Made by a program: the position numbers and the translations under genes. From contig JAZRUV010000008.1 in the NCBI GenBank assembly GCA_045652705.1, positions 24,620-88,619 on the forward strand: a stretch of DNA of 64,000 bases, in the 5' to 3' direction. Shown in pieces: positions 9,101 to 16,727 of this stretch. The DNA is from Clostridia bacterium. Its GTDB lineage: Bacteria > Bacillota > Clostridia > TANB77 > CAG-465. The stretch's first letter is position 1. Each line of letters starts with the position of its first letter. Under the pieces are notes generated by a model that was given only the letters and a program-made list of their open reading frames with translations, searched no databases and had not been told where the DNA came from.

Positions 9101-10775
9101 TTGCAAGAGTATCATCTGTAAGCTCTAGACCAATATCACTGATATACTGCAAACATTCAGAGGAGTTAATATAGTCATTTTCAAGATGCAAAGATTTCTT
9201 GGAAATGATTTTTTGCACTCTGTCATCTGACTGAACATTTGGGAAAAATGTGATTAAGTCAGGAACAATCTGTTTAAGATTGTGTAAAAAACGTATATTG
9301 TGAAGGTTGTCATAGCTCAACACATTACCCCAGTTATCTGTGTTTTCATCTAAAAGCGTACCGCTTTCAAGATAGCTAATAACATTTTTAGCAAAATTAG
9401 GAGGCAAAATCTTCATAAAACTATAAGTGAAAATGTTATCTACTTTTACTTTTCGAGATTTTGCGTACTTTTGTATAATGCTTAAAATAATCAGCTTGTA
9501 GTCTAGAACTGTATCCTTGTTCTCAAAATCCAATTGGTGGATATAAAGAGGATCAAGATAAAGTGTGGTATCAATGTTATAAAAACACTTTAAGACGGGT
9601 GCGCTAGGCTTAAAGGAAAAATCCCAGTGCCTTTTAGAAAGAGCCTGAATTGTTGATGTAATAGCTTCACATGTGTCAGTAGCAACCTTATCTTCCAAAG
9701 AGAAGGCATTAGGCACACTAAAAAAGAGATAGACGGCATCCTTTGTAATGTTTGGAACAACACACCACCTGTATATAAAACCAGAAGTGGCACAGTTAGA
9801 TATATTATCTAAATATACATCTGCATGCTGCACGTCTTTTATTTTAATTACAATGTGTTTGTCGCTATCCCAACTCTTCTTTACTGTGTAGGTTGTCATC
9901 TCAGCATAATTACTCTCAAGTTTTAAATTACCCTCAAGAATCTTTTCGTCAAAGACAAAATCAAAGGGCTCAACATTTTGTAAAACTGAGAGAGAACTAT
10001 TCGTATCATGTTCTCTAAAGAACTCGTCATAGCTACTAAACGAATTATTGTCATAAATATACCGAAGCATATTTATACAAATATTACGTGGCCAATTAGA
10101 GCCGTTAAAAAACGCATCTAAAGAACGCAGATACATACCGGGTAATTGAGTGTGCAGTTCGAAAGAAAGCTTATCACAAGACAAAAACAGATCTATGATT
10201 CTTTTCAATTCATGTGGCGAGAATAAATATTCATCACCAATAATAGAAGTGAAAAAGGAAGTCAAGAAAGATGTCTTATGTGTGCTCCATAAAAATGTGC
10301 GGAACAAGTTATAATAATCTACATGAACAGTATGCTCACTTGTTGAAAATAGAGCTATAAGTTCAAGCAAATTATCATAAGCTTTACTCAAGAAGTCTCT
10401 GCTTCTATCTAGCCTACAGTTATAATACACAAAAGAAACTTCGCGCTTCTTCTTGTTAATGAAAAATTTCATATCGCTAAAACACTCGATTTGAGCATAA
10501 GCAGTATTCAGTTTCTCATTAAAATCCTCACTTGTGACAGCAACATAAAGTATGTTAGCAAGTGAAGAGTCGTTTATAGTGACTATTGTGCCATTACAAG
10601 CTGTAGCAGAAGCTAGATTACCGGGACGGTTAGAATACGAATACTCATCCTGCAGTTTTTGCCTGATTACATTCGCAACTCTCGTGTTTATTTTTGTTAG
10701 CTGTTTGCTTTTTGCCAAATATCTCTCTAAATTGAATGATTTAGGAGCTAACGAGGCTGAAAAGTTTTCAAACAT
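6147..10775 (-). CDS. Giant (1542 aa) multidomain protein with an atypical Ser/Thr protein-kinase-like core
   Basis: Kinase-like segment at about aa 990-1212 (nt about 7140-7810). It has a G-loop/Lys region EGGEATLYPYKGGKIVKLFK, a catalytic loop LHSIGGYIGDLNGGNILI (Asp and Asn kept), a DFG-equivalent YFIDMDG, and WYSLAIQAFYYFTYSHPF. Two Cys knuckle pairs: CKEHNLYYIEGSLCPECRK and CNVHNIPFSSKNTLCPLCLADG. About 700 aa at the N-terminus are unassigned. The C-terminal ~270 aa are beta-strand-rich and repetitive. Confidence 0.75.
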   Translation of the reverse strand: MFENFSASLAPKSFNLERYLAKSKQLTKINTRVANVIRQKLQDEYSYSNRPGNLASATACNGTIVTINDSSLANILYVAVTSEDFNEKLNTAYAQIECFSDMKFFINKKKREVSFVYYNCRLDRSRDFLSKAYDNLLELIALFSTSEHTVHVDYYNLFRTFLWSTHKTSFLTSFFTSIIGDEYLFSPHELKRIIDLFLSCDKLSFELHTQLPGMYLRSLDAFFNGSNWPRNICINMLRYIYDNNSFSSYDEFFREHDTNSSLSVLQNVEPFDFVFDEKILEGNLKLESNYAEMTTYTVKKSWDSDKHIVIKIKDVQHADVYLDNISNCATSGFIYRWCVVPNITKDAVYLFFSVPNAFSLEDKVATDTCEAITSTIQALSKRHWDFSFKPSAPVLKCFYNIDTTLYLDPLYIHQLDFENKDTVLDYKLIILSIIQKYAKSRKVKVDNIFTYSFMKILPPNFAKNVISYLESGTLLDENTDNWGNVLSYDNLHNIRFLHNLKQIVPDLITFFPNVQSDDRVQKIISKKSLHLENDYINSSECLQYISDIGLELTDDTLAKIFANTEDFYLHPSKVIVSRDLCVANSYQIVGVVWNKLNLTTIGKLIQDGKVDTAVFYKLLSSLLSIQQNHGWIIDESNICQMLVDPDYNVFLNNNWLKHSQYNAGINLETHFKNLFNALNFHRDTNMPFEVFSYSELYDNGHRSTANNVLLCKEHNLYYIEGSLCPECRKIFCVTNQFSSRQIYGDDEWHFHETNYRNSLIGNHFGLTLNPRIIKQCKIGIEHGLFNHFFFQPDSLALKGNKVVGVVYFEKARFNFENILPISLFESRQRLQVILVMYKKLLPLILNGSCITDDKDFFSSICMHKDYKGELIIFKLPFMNCEAILAKDKDAMHKTLLAFGEFLVGYIMSDSMLNTTSTVKGSEVYNLIQDIENLKFTTSILEECISAFCNVHNIPFSSKNTLCPLCLADGISVDDIIVFPASHFEQFQKDKPAFEGGEATLYPYKGGKIVKLFKPGVDLVFKSKILGKALQKRAQFKSFNDEHSDIKFVTIDEVQYESNGTSIKLKGFVQQDIDGSFKISCLKDKDFVASKGYTRADIVDILIKVCIGIEFLHSIGGYIGDLNGGNILIKGKTVYFIDMDGMSFDNVKNFVFTDMYIYPPSAENKNITKADDWYSLAIQAFYYFTYSHPFRGISSSKFVPSDEITRMKLRKSVLGNHGIKVPNISIGWDFMPRQLVQFFKSTFEGKKRESMRAILEQFKTSLDTPNPSNAMKFTEVKRLSPCRFALSYHTYIDTSGYLLWCERKLLRFSSGTISCKITGNYIILTTPNNSVVLNDTTGKFNIYSALSKEDVVYASNNNLYYISSSDNNVHVKQIGSRSQQESDGIVVNSSTLSPFDFLVTDERKFIFLVKDRFFVHIYCNLEQLTSVDTIGLGENMQSRLFYDSESGNYLVLLSGCHQTKGVLISSDGSHSVFNLKEEISNTSCFYKNTLYYMIGDTIYFYNVIDGTKKEFTSQFAAQGCLIERKANRFVICSKDKAYMYIKS

Positions 10776-10791
10776 ACTCTAAACCTCCAGG

Positions 10792-10820
10792 GCTTAGGCG
10801 GAGGCATGCTCCGCCTAAGC
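10792..10820 (-). promoter_or_regulatory. GC-rich perfect hairpin between the vWA and kinase genes
   Basis: 12-bp perfect stem gcttaggcggag / ctccgcctaagc with a 5-nt loop. No T-run follows. On the mRNA strand it ends 1-2 nt before the GGAGG RBS of the 1542-aa gene. Confidence 0.5.
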
Positions 10821-10831
10821 GGTAATGTTAA

Positions 10832-11539
10832 TTAGATATTAAAGAAACTATCTGCTACAACTTTTTTAGCTTCAGGTGAAGCTTCAGCAGATGCATCAGT
10901 CGCAGCCTTAGAGAAGAACTTAGACTTAAGAGAAAAAGCGCTTCGAGACTGCTCAACACAGCTTTGAGAGAGTTCTGTTCCGAGACACGAAACTAGCTCT
11001 TTTGCAGAGGTGATATCTCTAATACAAGAGAATCCCAAAAGTTCACCATCTTTTGCCGCAATAGCCTCACCAAATGCAACAAATACGGTAGTTGCATCAA
11101 GACTGTTAAGTTTAGCAACCATATCCTTGGCAGCGTCGATTTCACTTTTGAAGTTGCAATTATCAAGGCCGTCGGAGAACACCAAAAATGTGATTCTGGG
11201 TCTGATGTTAAGACGACTTTCGATTTCTTGGAAGTATGCAATAGTTTCTTCGCCCACTTCAACAACTGCTCTGTATAACCTAGTTCCACCATCAGCATAA
11301 TAGTTTGTAGAAAAATCCTTAACCGGTCCAAAACTTGTCATTTTGACATGTTCGGCAAACATAGCTTTTGCGATTGCTACGGAACCCTTTTCTTCAAAAC
11401 GAGAAAAGTCTTCATAGAAAGCTTTGTTTGCCTCAACAATTGCTTTAACGTAGTCTTTCATAGAGCCAGAACAGTCATAAATCATAACGAAGATATTGAC
11501 AACGTCAGAAGAAAACGAATAAAGGTGATTATCCATCAT
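10832..11539 (-). CDS. von Willebrand factor type A (TerY-like) protein
   Basis: Intact MIDAS elements: IFVMIYDCSGSM (DxSxS), YYADGGTRLY (GT) and LVFSDGLDN (DG). 235 aa, the size of TerY-like vWA proteins. Confidence 0.8.
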   Translation of the reverse strand: MMDNHLYSFSSDVVNIFVMIYDCSGSMKDYVKAIVEANKAFYEDFSRFEEKGSVAIAKAMFAEHVKMTSFGPVKDFSTNYYADGGTRLYRAVVEVGEETIAYFQEIESRLNIRPRITFLVFSDGLDNCNFKSEIDAAKDMVAKLNSLDATTVFVAFGEAIAAKDGELLGFSCIRDITSAKELVSCLGTELSQSCVEQSRSAFSLKSKFFSKAATDASAEASPEAKKVVADSFFNI

Positions 11540-11557
11540 AGCACTTATTCCTCCAGT

Positions 11558-13042
11558 TTAAATAGTAATGTGATTTGCAAACATAGTTTCAAGGTTGGAA
11601 AAACCATTGAAATACGAATGGTGAAGATAGATTGCGTCGTCGATAACTACAAAGTCTAAATACAGGTTCATGAATTCTGTCGTAACAACTGCGTTATCCA
11701 CTTGCCCTGCTCTAAAAAGCAAAACATACTTTTTCTTCTGACCGCCCTTATAGTTTAAAAGCTTAGTTTTGTACTTCGTAATATATTCTTCAGAATACTC
11801 GGGATATTTATTATCCAAGCTTGTAAAATTATCCGAAATACAGGAAAACACAGTGCTTCTTGCCACCTTTACAACGCTATCGTAAAGGTCAAAAATTTTG
11901 CATAGGAAGTAAAATTCTTCCCACGTGATATTAATGGTAAACCCACTAATAAGGGTTTGCAAAATATTAGCAATGTTGTTATGGATAAGCTTTAACACAG
12001 CTATGGCCATTTCGTTTACATTAGTGGTACTAATAGTTTTGGGTGTACCAAAAATGTTAGGCAGAAAAACAACAAAGTCCTGACCGACAGTTTTTGCTGC
12101 TTCTTCAAGAGTGTTTTCTAACTTCAAGAGACCGTCAAAATAGGCAGAATCCAAATTTGATTGCAAAAATTCTCTAGTACTTGTTTTTAATTTATCACAA
12201 GATTGGAGTAGAAAGTCGTAACATTCATAATTTTGCAATTTAGACATTACGAAATTCTCCACCTGTTCTAAATCTTGTACTAAGAATTTAAACAGCAACT
12301 TGTCGTAATCTGCTTCTACGAAGAAGGAGCTAAGTTTTGAAGTGCCGTTCTTGTAATCACTTAAATTGCTACAAAAGTTGTATCTTAAGGCTGTTTTAAA
12401 GAGCATGTAGTCACAGTAAATGACATAGTTTAAAATCTCTTCGCGACGTCTAGAATCTTTTGTAAAGAATGTTAAAGGCTGTACTTCGGCAATTAGCTCT
12501 CTTGCTTTTTCAGATGCATTCAAAAATTGTTTGTGTACCTTTTGCCGATCTATATGACAATTCACAATTGTATTGTAGAATTCATTAAGACGGGAACATA
12601 GGGTAACAAATTTTTTCTTGTGCATCTCAAAGTATACAACAAAATCCACGAAGTGATTAATTTTACCTTCTAGAGAAAGTACAGTAATATAATAGTTATC
12701 CCGTTCGGGGTCGATTGCGAAAGTAATATTACCTTCTAGTCCCTTAAGATAGCTTTCTAACTGCTCTTCATATTCTCTTCTTTGAGTAGTAATGAGTTGC
12801 AAAAACTGCTTATACTCATTAGGAAAAGTCGTTGCGAAAGATTTAATGTATTCTTCAAGATAATTTAGTTTTTCAAGAACAACATTCTCTACTTGAAATT
12901 TCGCGATACCTTCACCAAGCTTTTGAATTTCTTCCACAATTTTCTCTGGGTCGTCTAAGGAGTCGTCTTTTACTATTTGTATAGGCTGAACGACGGGCCT
13001 TTCGGAACCAAAGAGATTCTTTATCCAACTTATAAAAGCCAT
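11558..13042 (-). CDS. Hypothetical, predominantly helical protein (494 aa)
   Basis: Tightly packed in the operon, with an 11-nt gap to the upstream gene and an 18-nt gap to the downstream gene. I recognise no motif. Confidence 0.6.
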   Translation of the reverse strand: MAFISWIKNLFGSERPVVQPIQIVKDDSLDDPEKIVEEIQKLGEGIAKFQVENVVLEKLNYLEEYIKSFATTFPNEYKQFLQLITTQRREYEEQLESYLKGLEGNITFAIDPERDNYYITVLSLEGKINHFVDFVVYFEMHKKKFVTLCSRLNEFYNTIVNCHIDRQKVHKQFLNASEKARELIAEVQPLTFFTKDSRRREEILNYVIYCDYMLFKTALRYNFCSNLSDYKNGTSKLSSFFVEADYDKLLFKFLVQDLEQVENFVMSKLQNYECYDFLLQSCDKLKTSTREFLQSNLDSAYFDGLLKLENTLEEAAKTVGQDFVVFLPNIFGTPKTISTTNVNEMAIAVLKLIHNNIANILQTLISGFTINITWEEFYFLCKIFDLYDSVVKVARSTVFSCISDNFTSLDNKYPEYSEEYITKYKTKLLNYKGGQKKKYVLLFRAGQVDNAVVTTEFMNLYLDFVVIDDAIYLHHSYFNGFSNLETMFANHITI

Positions 13043-13053
13043 ACTAAGCCTCC

Positions 13054-14085
13054 TTACTCATAAAAGTCTGAAATAATATGCCCTATGACGGGGAAGCCCA
13101 AAGCAGATACTCTTATAGCATCAGAATCTTTTATACAAAAATATTTAAAAGCTTTAAGCTTAGACATATTTTGCAGTTTTGAAATGCAAGAAGAGATTAT
13201 CTTGATTGAATCTTCGCTTTGGGTACACGCGCCTGTACCAATACAAACAACCGAGCAATTTCCGAGTTTATACTTTACTTTGCCAAAGGAAAAAGTATCT
13301 GCCGCGAAAACGTTTAAGTTGTTTACAAGATAAAAAAGAGCGCTTGCAAGATTTGGTGCTTCGTTTTCCTCGGAAGCTGTAAGAAGAGAGGAAATAATAT
13401 TTTTCTCTTTTACAGATGTATAATCCATGGGGATAAACGGTGTTTGCCCATTTCCAACTTTAACGAATAGGAAAATAGCGTCTTTTTTATTTTCCACTGC
13501 CTGTGAAATTATATTAGTGATATTTTCTTTTTGTTTCAGAGTTTCAGTGGAGTTTTCGACAAGAAAGGCAAAAACGTCTTTTTGTTGAAATTTAGGCACA
13601 GCAGGTTTCCAATAGTAAGGCTTTGTGCCAAAAGTGGGGGCAGAAGGTCTACCCTTATAACCAAATCCGTCATCATATCTAGCCCCATTTGGTAAACTTC
13701 CTTTAACAGGGGTAAGAGGTGGGACATCCGGTCCATTCGGAACTTTAGGTCTCGGCGGTATATTGGGTTTGCCACTTACCGGATGATTGGCCTTAGAAAC
13801 ATCCTCGTCGTTATCTTGGGTCCAAGAAGAATAAGCTATATCTTCAGCGTCTACAGGAGGTTCACTAAAGCTTTTAGGAACATTATCCTGTGATGCAGGA
13901 GGTGGCGTATTTTCTTTTGCATCAGGAATAACAAGAGGTGGCATACCCCCGTTTACAGATTTCAACATATCATCAGCTGTCTTGCCCGATGCTTTCAGCT
14001 TTGAATAGTAATCGTAGTCTGAATCAGACGGACGAATATCATAAGGTGATGGCTTTTTACCAAACAACATATCAAAAAATGACAT
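13054..14085 (-). CDS. Pro-rich protein with a C-terminal degenerate vWA-like domain (343 aa)
   Basis: The N-terminal ~165 aa are low-complexity and Pro-rich (PPLVIPDAKENTPPPASQ...PNIPPRPKVPNGPDVPPLTP). The C-terminal half begins DVFAFLVENSTE, where a vWA DxSxS would sit, then alternates beta/alpha-like segments. The vWA assignment is pattern-based only. Confidence 0.5.
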   Translation of the reverse strand: MSFFDMLFGKKPSPYDIRPSDSDYDYYSKLKASGKTADDMLKSVNGGMPPLVIPDAKENTPPPASQDNVPKSFSEPPVDAEDIAYSSWTQDNDEDVSKANHPVSGKPNIPPRPKVPNGPDVPPLTPVKGSLPNGARYDDGFGYKGRPSAPTFGTKPYYWKPAVPKFQQKDVFAFLVENSTETLKQKENITNIISQAVENKKDAIFLFVKVGNGQTPFIPMDYTSVKEKNIISSLLTASEENEAPNLASALFYLVNNLNVFAADTFSFGKVKYKLGNCSVVCIGTGACTQSEDSIKIISSCISKLQNMSKLKAFKYFCIKDSDAIRVSALGFPVIGHIISDFYE

Positions 14086-14096
14086 ATATAATCTCC

Positions 14097-14762
14097 TTAA
14101 AATAGAATTGTGACATCATCATAGAACACGGACCTGTTAGAATTAATAACACCTTCCGGCTTATAGTTTGTTTTTGTACCTAGGAAAAATGCATCAAAAG
14201 GTTGATTAAGCTGCTTATCCACAATTGGTGCGAGACCATCGGAAGCAATGCCAACCTTTATGAAATCTTGTTTGCTAAATTCGAAAGTTTTAAACTTGAG
14301 CGGCCTAGGGTAATTATCTGTTTCAAGTTTATTGTATGAATAGTAGGGGGGAGCTTTTCCATAAAAAAGCCTAATATAACTTAACAAATTATGTTTGTTA
14401 ACTGTTATAATATAGCCATCCCCAATAAATTTTACAACAAACTTATCTTCTAACTCGAAGCATGCGATAATAGTGAAAAGCATGTTGTTTATTATAAATG
14501 TATCAAAATCCTTTCCGGATTTAGTGCCTGCAAAATTACATACTTTAGCAAATGCTTTCTCAACGTTTTGCTCGAATTTGTCAATGTCTAGTCTTGTGTC
14601 AAGTCTCGAAAAAGCTTGTGCAAAAAGCCGAGTACCTACTTCAGAGAACAGACCGTCGCTACAGCCATCTGTAATAATCTTGAGATTGCCTTCTTCAAAA
14701 AAGAAGTCCTGATTATTTAGGCCATCTAAATAATGGCCGTTCCCTTGTCTACATATTTGCAT
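14097..14762 (-). CDS. PP2C-like protein phosphatase
   Basis: GNGHYLDGLNNQDFFF...KIITDGCSDG...FIGDGYII...GIASDGL. This is the G.H...NQD / DG.S.G / DG pattern of the bacterial PP2C-like family found in TerY-P triads. Confidence 0.7.
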   Translation of the reverse strand: MQICRQGNGHYLDGLNNQDFFFEEGNLKIITDGCSDGLFSEVGTRLFAQAFSRLDTRLDIDKFEQNVEKAFAKVCNFAGTKSGKDFDTFIINNMLFTIIACFELEDKFVVKFIGDGYIITVNKHNLLSYIRLFYGKAPPYYSYNKLETDNYPRPLKFKTFEFSKQDFIKVGIASDGLAPIVDKQLNQPFDAFFLGTKTNYKPEGVINSNRSVFYDDVTILF

Positions 14763-14817
14763 GTTGACTCCTCCTATAAATTAAATATAATTTTATACTA
14801 ATATAGAGATCGCACAA

Positions 14818-14846
14818 ATTATATCACAGAAACGGTCGAAAAACAA
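14818..14846 (-). promoter_or_regulatory. Promoter of the PP2C-to-kinase operon
   Basis: Minus strand TTGTTT (14841-14846), 17 nt, TATAAT (14818-14823), preceded by TGTGA (perfect TRTGnTATAAT). Confidence 0.5.
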
Positions 14847-14880
14847 TAGTTATGTTGTCTAAAATACCAAAAAGAGCAAG

Positions 14881-14914
14881 AAAAAAGAGCAAAGCATATT
14901 GCTTTGCTCTTTTT
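14881..14914. terminator. Bidirectional terminator after telA
   Basis: Perfect 11-bp stem agagcaaagca / tgctttgctct with a 3-nt loop, flanked by an A-run and a T-run. Confidence 0.75.
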
Positions 14915-14918
14915 GGGA

Positions 14919-16133
14919 CTAGAATGTCATATCTGTGCTCGAAGAAGTCTTAGTCTGAAGGGCCTCGGGCTTGGCCTCGGGAAGGGCACCTACGATAGGT
15001 GCAAGTTCCTGGATCAAAGACTGAAGTTTGCTAAATTCTTCCGAAATATGGCCGGACTGTTTGTCGTCAAACTCATCCATAGCGTTACAACACTGGACTA
15101 CAGTTTTTGCAGCTGCAAGGCCAATTTCGATAGAATAAACGCTGTTAAGCAACAACTTTTCAGCTTCTTGCTCTGTGGGCAGGAGGCCAGCGCTTACCTT
15201 TGTAATGAGTTCGTCGTTGAGAGAAGTAATGGAACGTTGACCTTCCAAAATCTCACGGTTTTGCGCAGTCAAAACAGAAGCCATAATTTGTTGGGCGGCT
15301 GTAGTCATACTGTTTGTCGCTTGGAAGTTGATAGCCAGTTGAAGCTTTTTGTTAGTTTCACGCTGGATTCTCAACTGTCCGAGGTGCAAAAGATATGATT
15401 CGCGCGACTTTTCCAAGTTGAGAAGGGACAGTTGGAAGGCAGAAAAACCTTCTTTGGAAGCTTCGTAAAGCTCGCTGTTGTCCATCAACCCACCTTGTTC
15501 GTATGCTTCTCTTTTTTGCTCCAGCTCGCCTTCGATTCGCTTTTCTGCAATTCGACCAGCAACCAGATACCTTTCGATAAGAGAACCGTTGGTAACAACA
15601 TCCCTAATTGCATCAGAGATAATGTTATAATTGTCCTGCAAAATCTCTTCCCAGTTTTTACAATTTTCTTTAAGCTTCAAAAGAATCTTGTAGCAACTGA
15701 GAGCAATTACTTTGGCGTCATCGTTACGCTTATCTTTGAGAGACGTAAAGATGTTCATCAAAAAGCGCTGGAACGGGTTTGGTTCTTGGATTGCGACACT
15801 GAGTTCGTTTTGCTTTTTGCTTGCCTGCTCGGAGAGCTTAGCGATTTCATCTGCTACGGTCCGGTCTACAGTGGTACCCTCAATTGTCTTCATAAATTCC
15901 ATAGCGAAATCGAAAGAACGCTCCAACGGGATACTACCAAAGGATTTAATTTTGTCTAACTGAAGGGGATCTACCTGGTCAGCCACACGCATAATTTCTG
16001 CTTGGGTAGCAGCATCATAACGTTGGATGTCTTCAGCACAAATAGGTGCGATTGCGTTTTTCTGAGCAGGCTCAGGGGTAGCTACCATACTGGTTCCTTG
16101 CTGGATAACGGGTGTTACATTTGTATTGTCCAT
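14919..16133 (-). CDS. telA: TelA/YaaN-family (toxic anion resistance) protein
   Basis: 404-aa helical protein. Segments RVADQVDPLQLDKIKSFGS, YLVAGRIAEKRIEGEL and LGQLRIQRETNKKLQLAINFQ align in order with my recollection of B. subtilis YaaN/TelA. Hand counts on two sampled 60-nt lines are high: 26/60 G+C for the line starting at 15001 and 35/60 for the line starting at 14941. Confidence 0.75.
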   Translation of the reverse strand: MDNTNVTPVIQQGTSMVATPEPAQKNAIAPICAEDIQRYDAATQAEIMRVADQVDPLQLDKIKSFGSIPLERSFDFAMEFMKTIEGTTVDRTVADEIAKLSEQASKKQNELSVAIQEPNPFQRFLMNIFTSLKDKRNDDAKVIALSCYKILLKLKENCKNWEEILQDNYNIISDAIRDVVTNGSLIERYLVAGRIAEKRIEGELEQKREAYEQGGLMDNSELYEASKEGFSAFQLSLLNLEKSRESYLLHLGQLRIQRETNKKLQLAINFQATNSMTTAAQQIMASVLTAQNREILEGQRSITSLNDELITKVSAGLLPTEQEAEKLLLNSVYSIEIGLAAAKTVVQCCNAMDEFDDKQSGHISEEFSKLQSLIQELAPIVGALPEAKPEALQTKTSSSTDMTF

Positions 16134-16183
16134 TGTTCATCCTCCATAATAATAAAATGAGAGTTAAAATTTTCGCTGGACAT

Positions 16184-16212
16184 ATTATATCACGAAAAAA
16201 GATTATTGTCAA
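16184..16212 (-). promoter_or_regulatory. Promoter of telA
   Basis: Minus strand TTGACA (16207-16212), 17 nt, TATAAT (16184-16189), preceded by CGTGA. Confidence 0.6.
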
Positions 16213-16261
16213 CCAAAAACGAAAGAAATACTTAGTGATACGTTTGAAATCAAATAGACAT

Positions 16262-16296
16262 AAAAACAAAAAGAAAAATCCGGCTTAACCGGATTT
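16262..16296 (-). terminator. Terminator of rpsT
   Basis: aaatccgg / ccggattt stem (16276-16296), followed on the minus strand by tttctttttgttttt. Confidence 0.75.
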
Positions 16297-16298
16297 AA

Positions 16299-16553
16299 TT
16301 ATTTTGCTAATAATTTTGCAAGATGAGCTTTTTTTCTGTCAGCAGTGTTTCTTTTTAAAACACCTTTAGACCAAGCTTTATCTACTTCAGAAACTGCTTT
16401 TTTGTGAAGATCTTCTAGATTTTTTTCACCGTTAGCTACTGCAGCTTCGAAAGCTTTAACAGCATCTCTGTATGCTTTTCTAACTTTTTTATTTTCAAGA
16501 CGATTAGCTTCGTTAACTAATACTCTTTTTTTAGCTGATTTAATATTTGGCAT
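16299..16553 (-). CDS. rpsT: 30S ribosomal protein S20
   Basis: MPNIKSAKKRVLVNEANRLENKKVRKAYR is the canonical S20 N-terminus. 84 aa. Confidence 0.95.
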   Translation of the reverse strand: MPNIKSAKKRVLVNEANRLENKKVRKAYRDAVKAFEAAVANGEKNLEDLHKKAVSEVDKAWSKGVLKRNTADRKKAHLAKLLAK

Positions 16554-16698
16554 GTTTTTCCCTCCCTTTTGAGTACATATAATTTTTTACAAAGCATATT
16601 TTAACATAATATTTTAAGAAAATCAAGAAAAAGATAAAATATTTTGAACTACTTGAAAAAATAGTTGAAAATATACGGAAGAAATAATTAAATTTTTG

Positions 16699-16727
16699 TT
16701 GACAAACTATCGGTACGGTGGTATAAA
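16699..16727 (+). promoter_or_regulatory. Sigma-A promoter upstream of the tmk leader
   Basis: TTGACA (16699-16704), 17 nt, TATAAA (16722-16727) with a TGg extended -10. It leaves a leader of about 270 nt before tmk. Confidence 0.5.

Noticed and set aside
10993-11659. Alternative ORFs within or opposite the vWA gene (10993-11331 -, 11010-11300 +, 11348-11659 +)
   Set aside because: The 10832-11539 frame carries intact MIDAS motifs, and the others have no motifs or RBS.
14904-15963. Plus-strand ORFs 14904-15398, 15432-15959 and 15712-15963
   Set aside because: They are antisense to the well-supported telA CDS and open only because of the GC-rich composition. No RBS is present.
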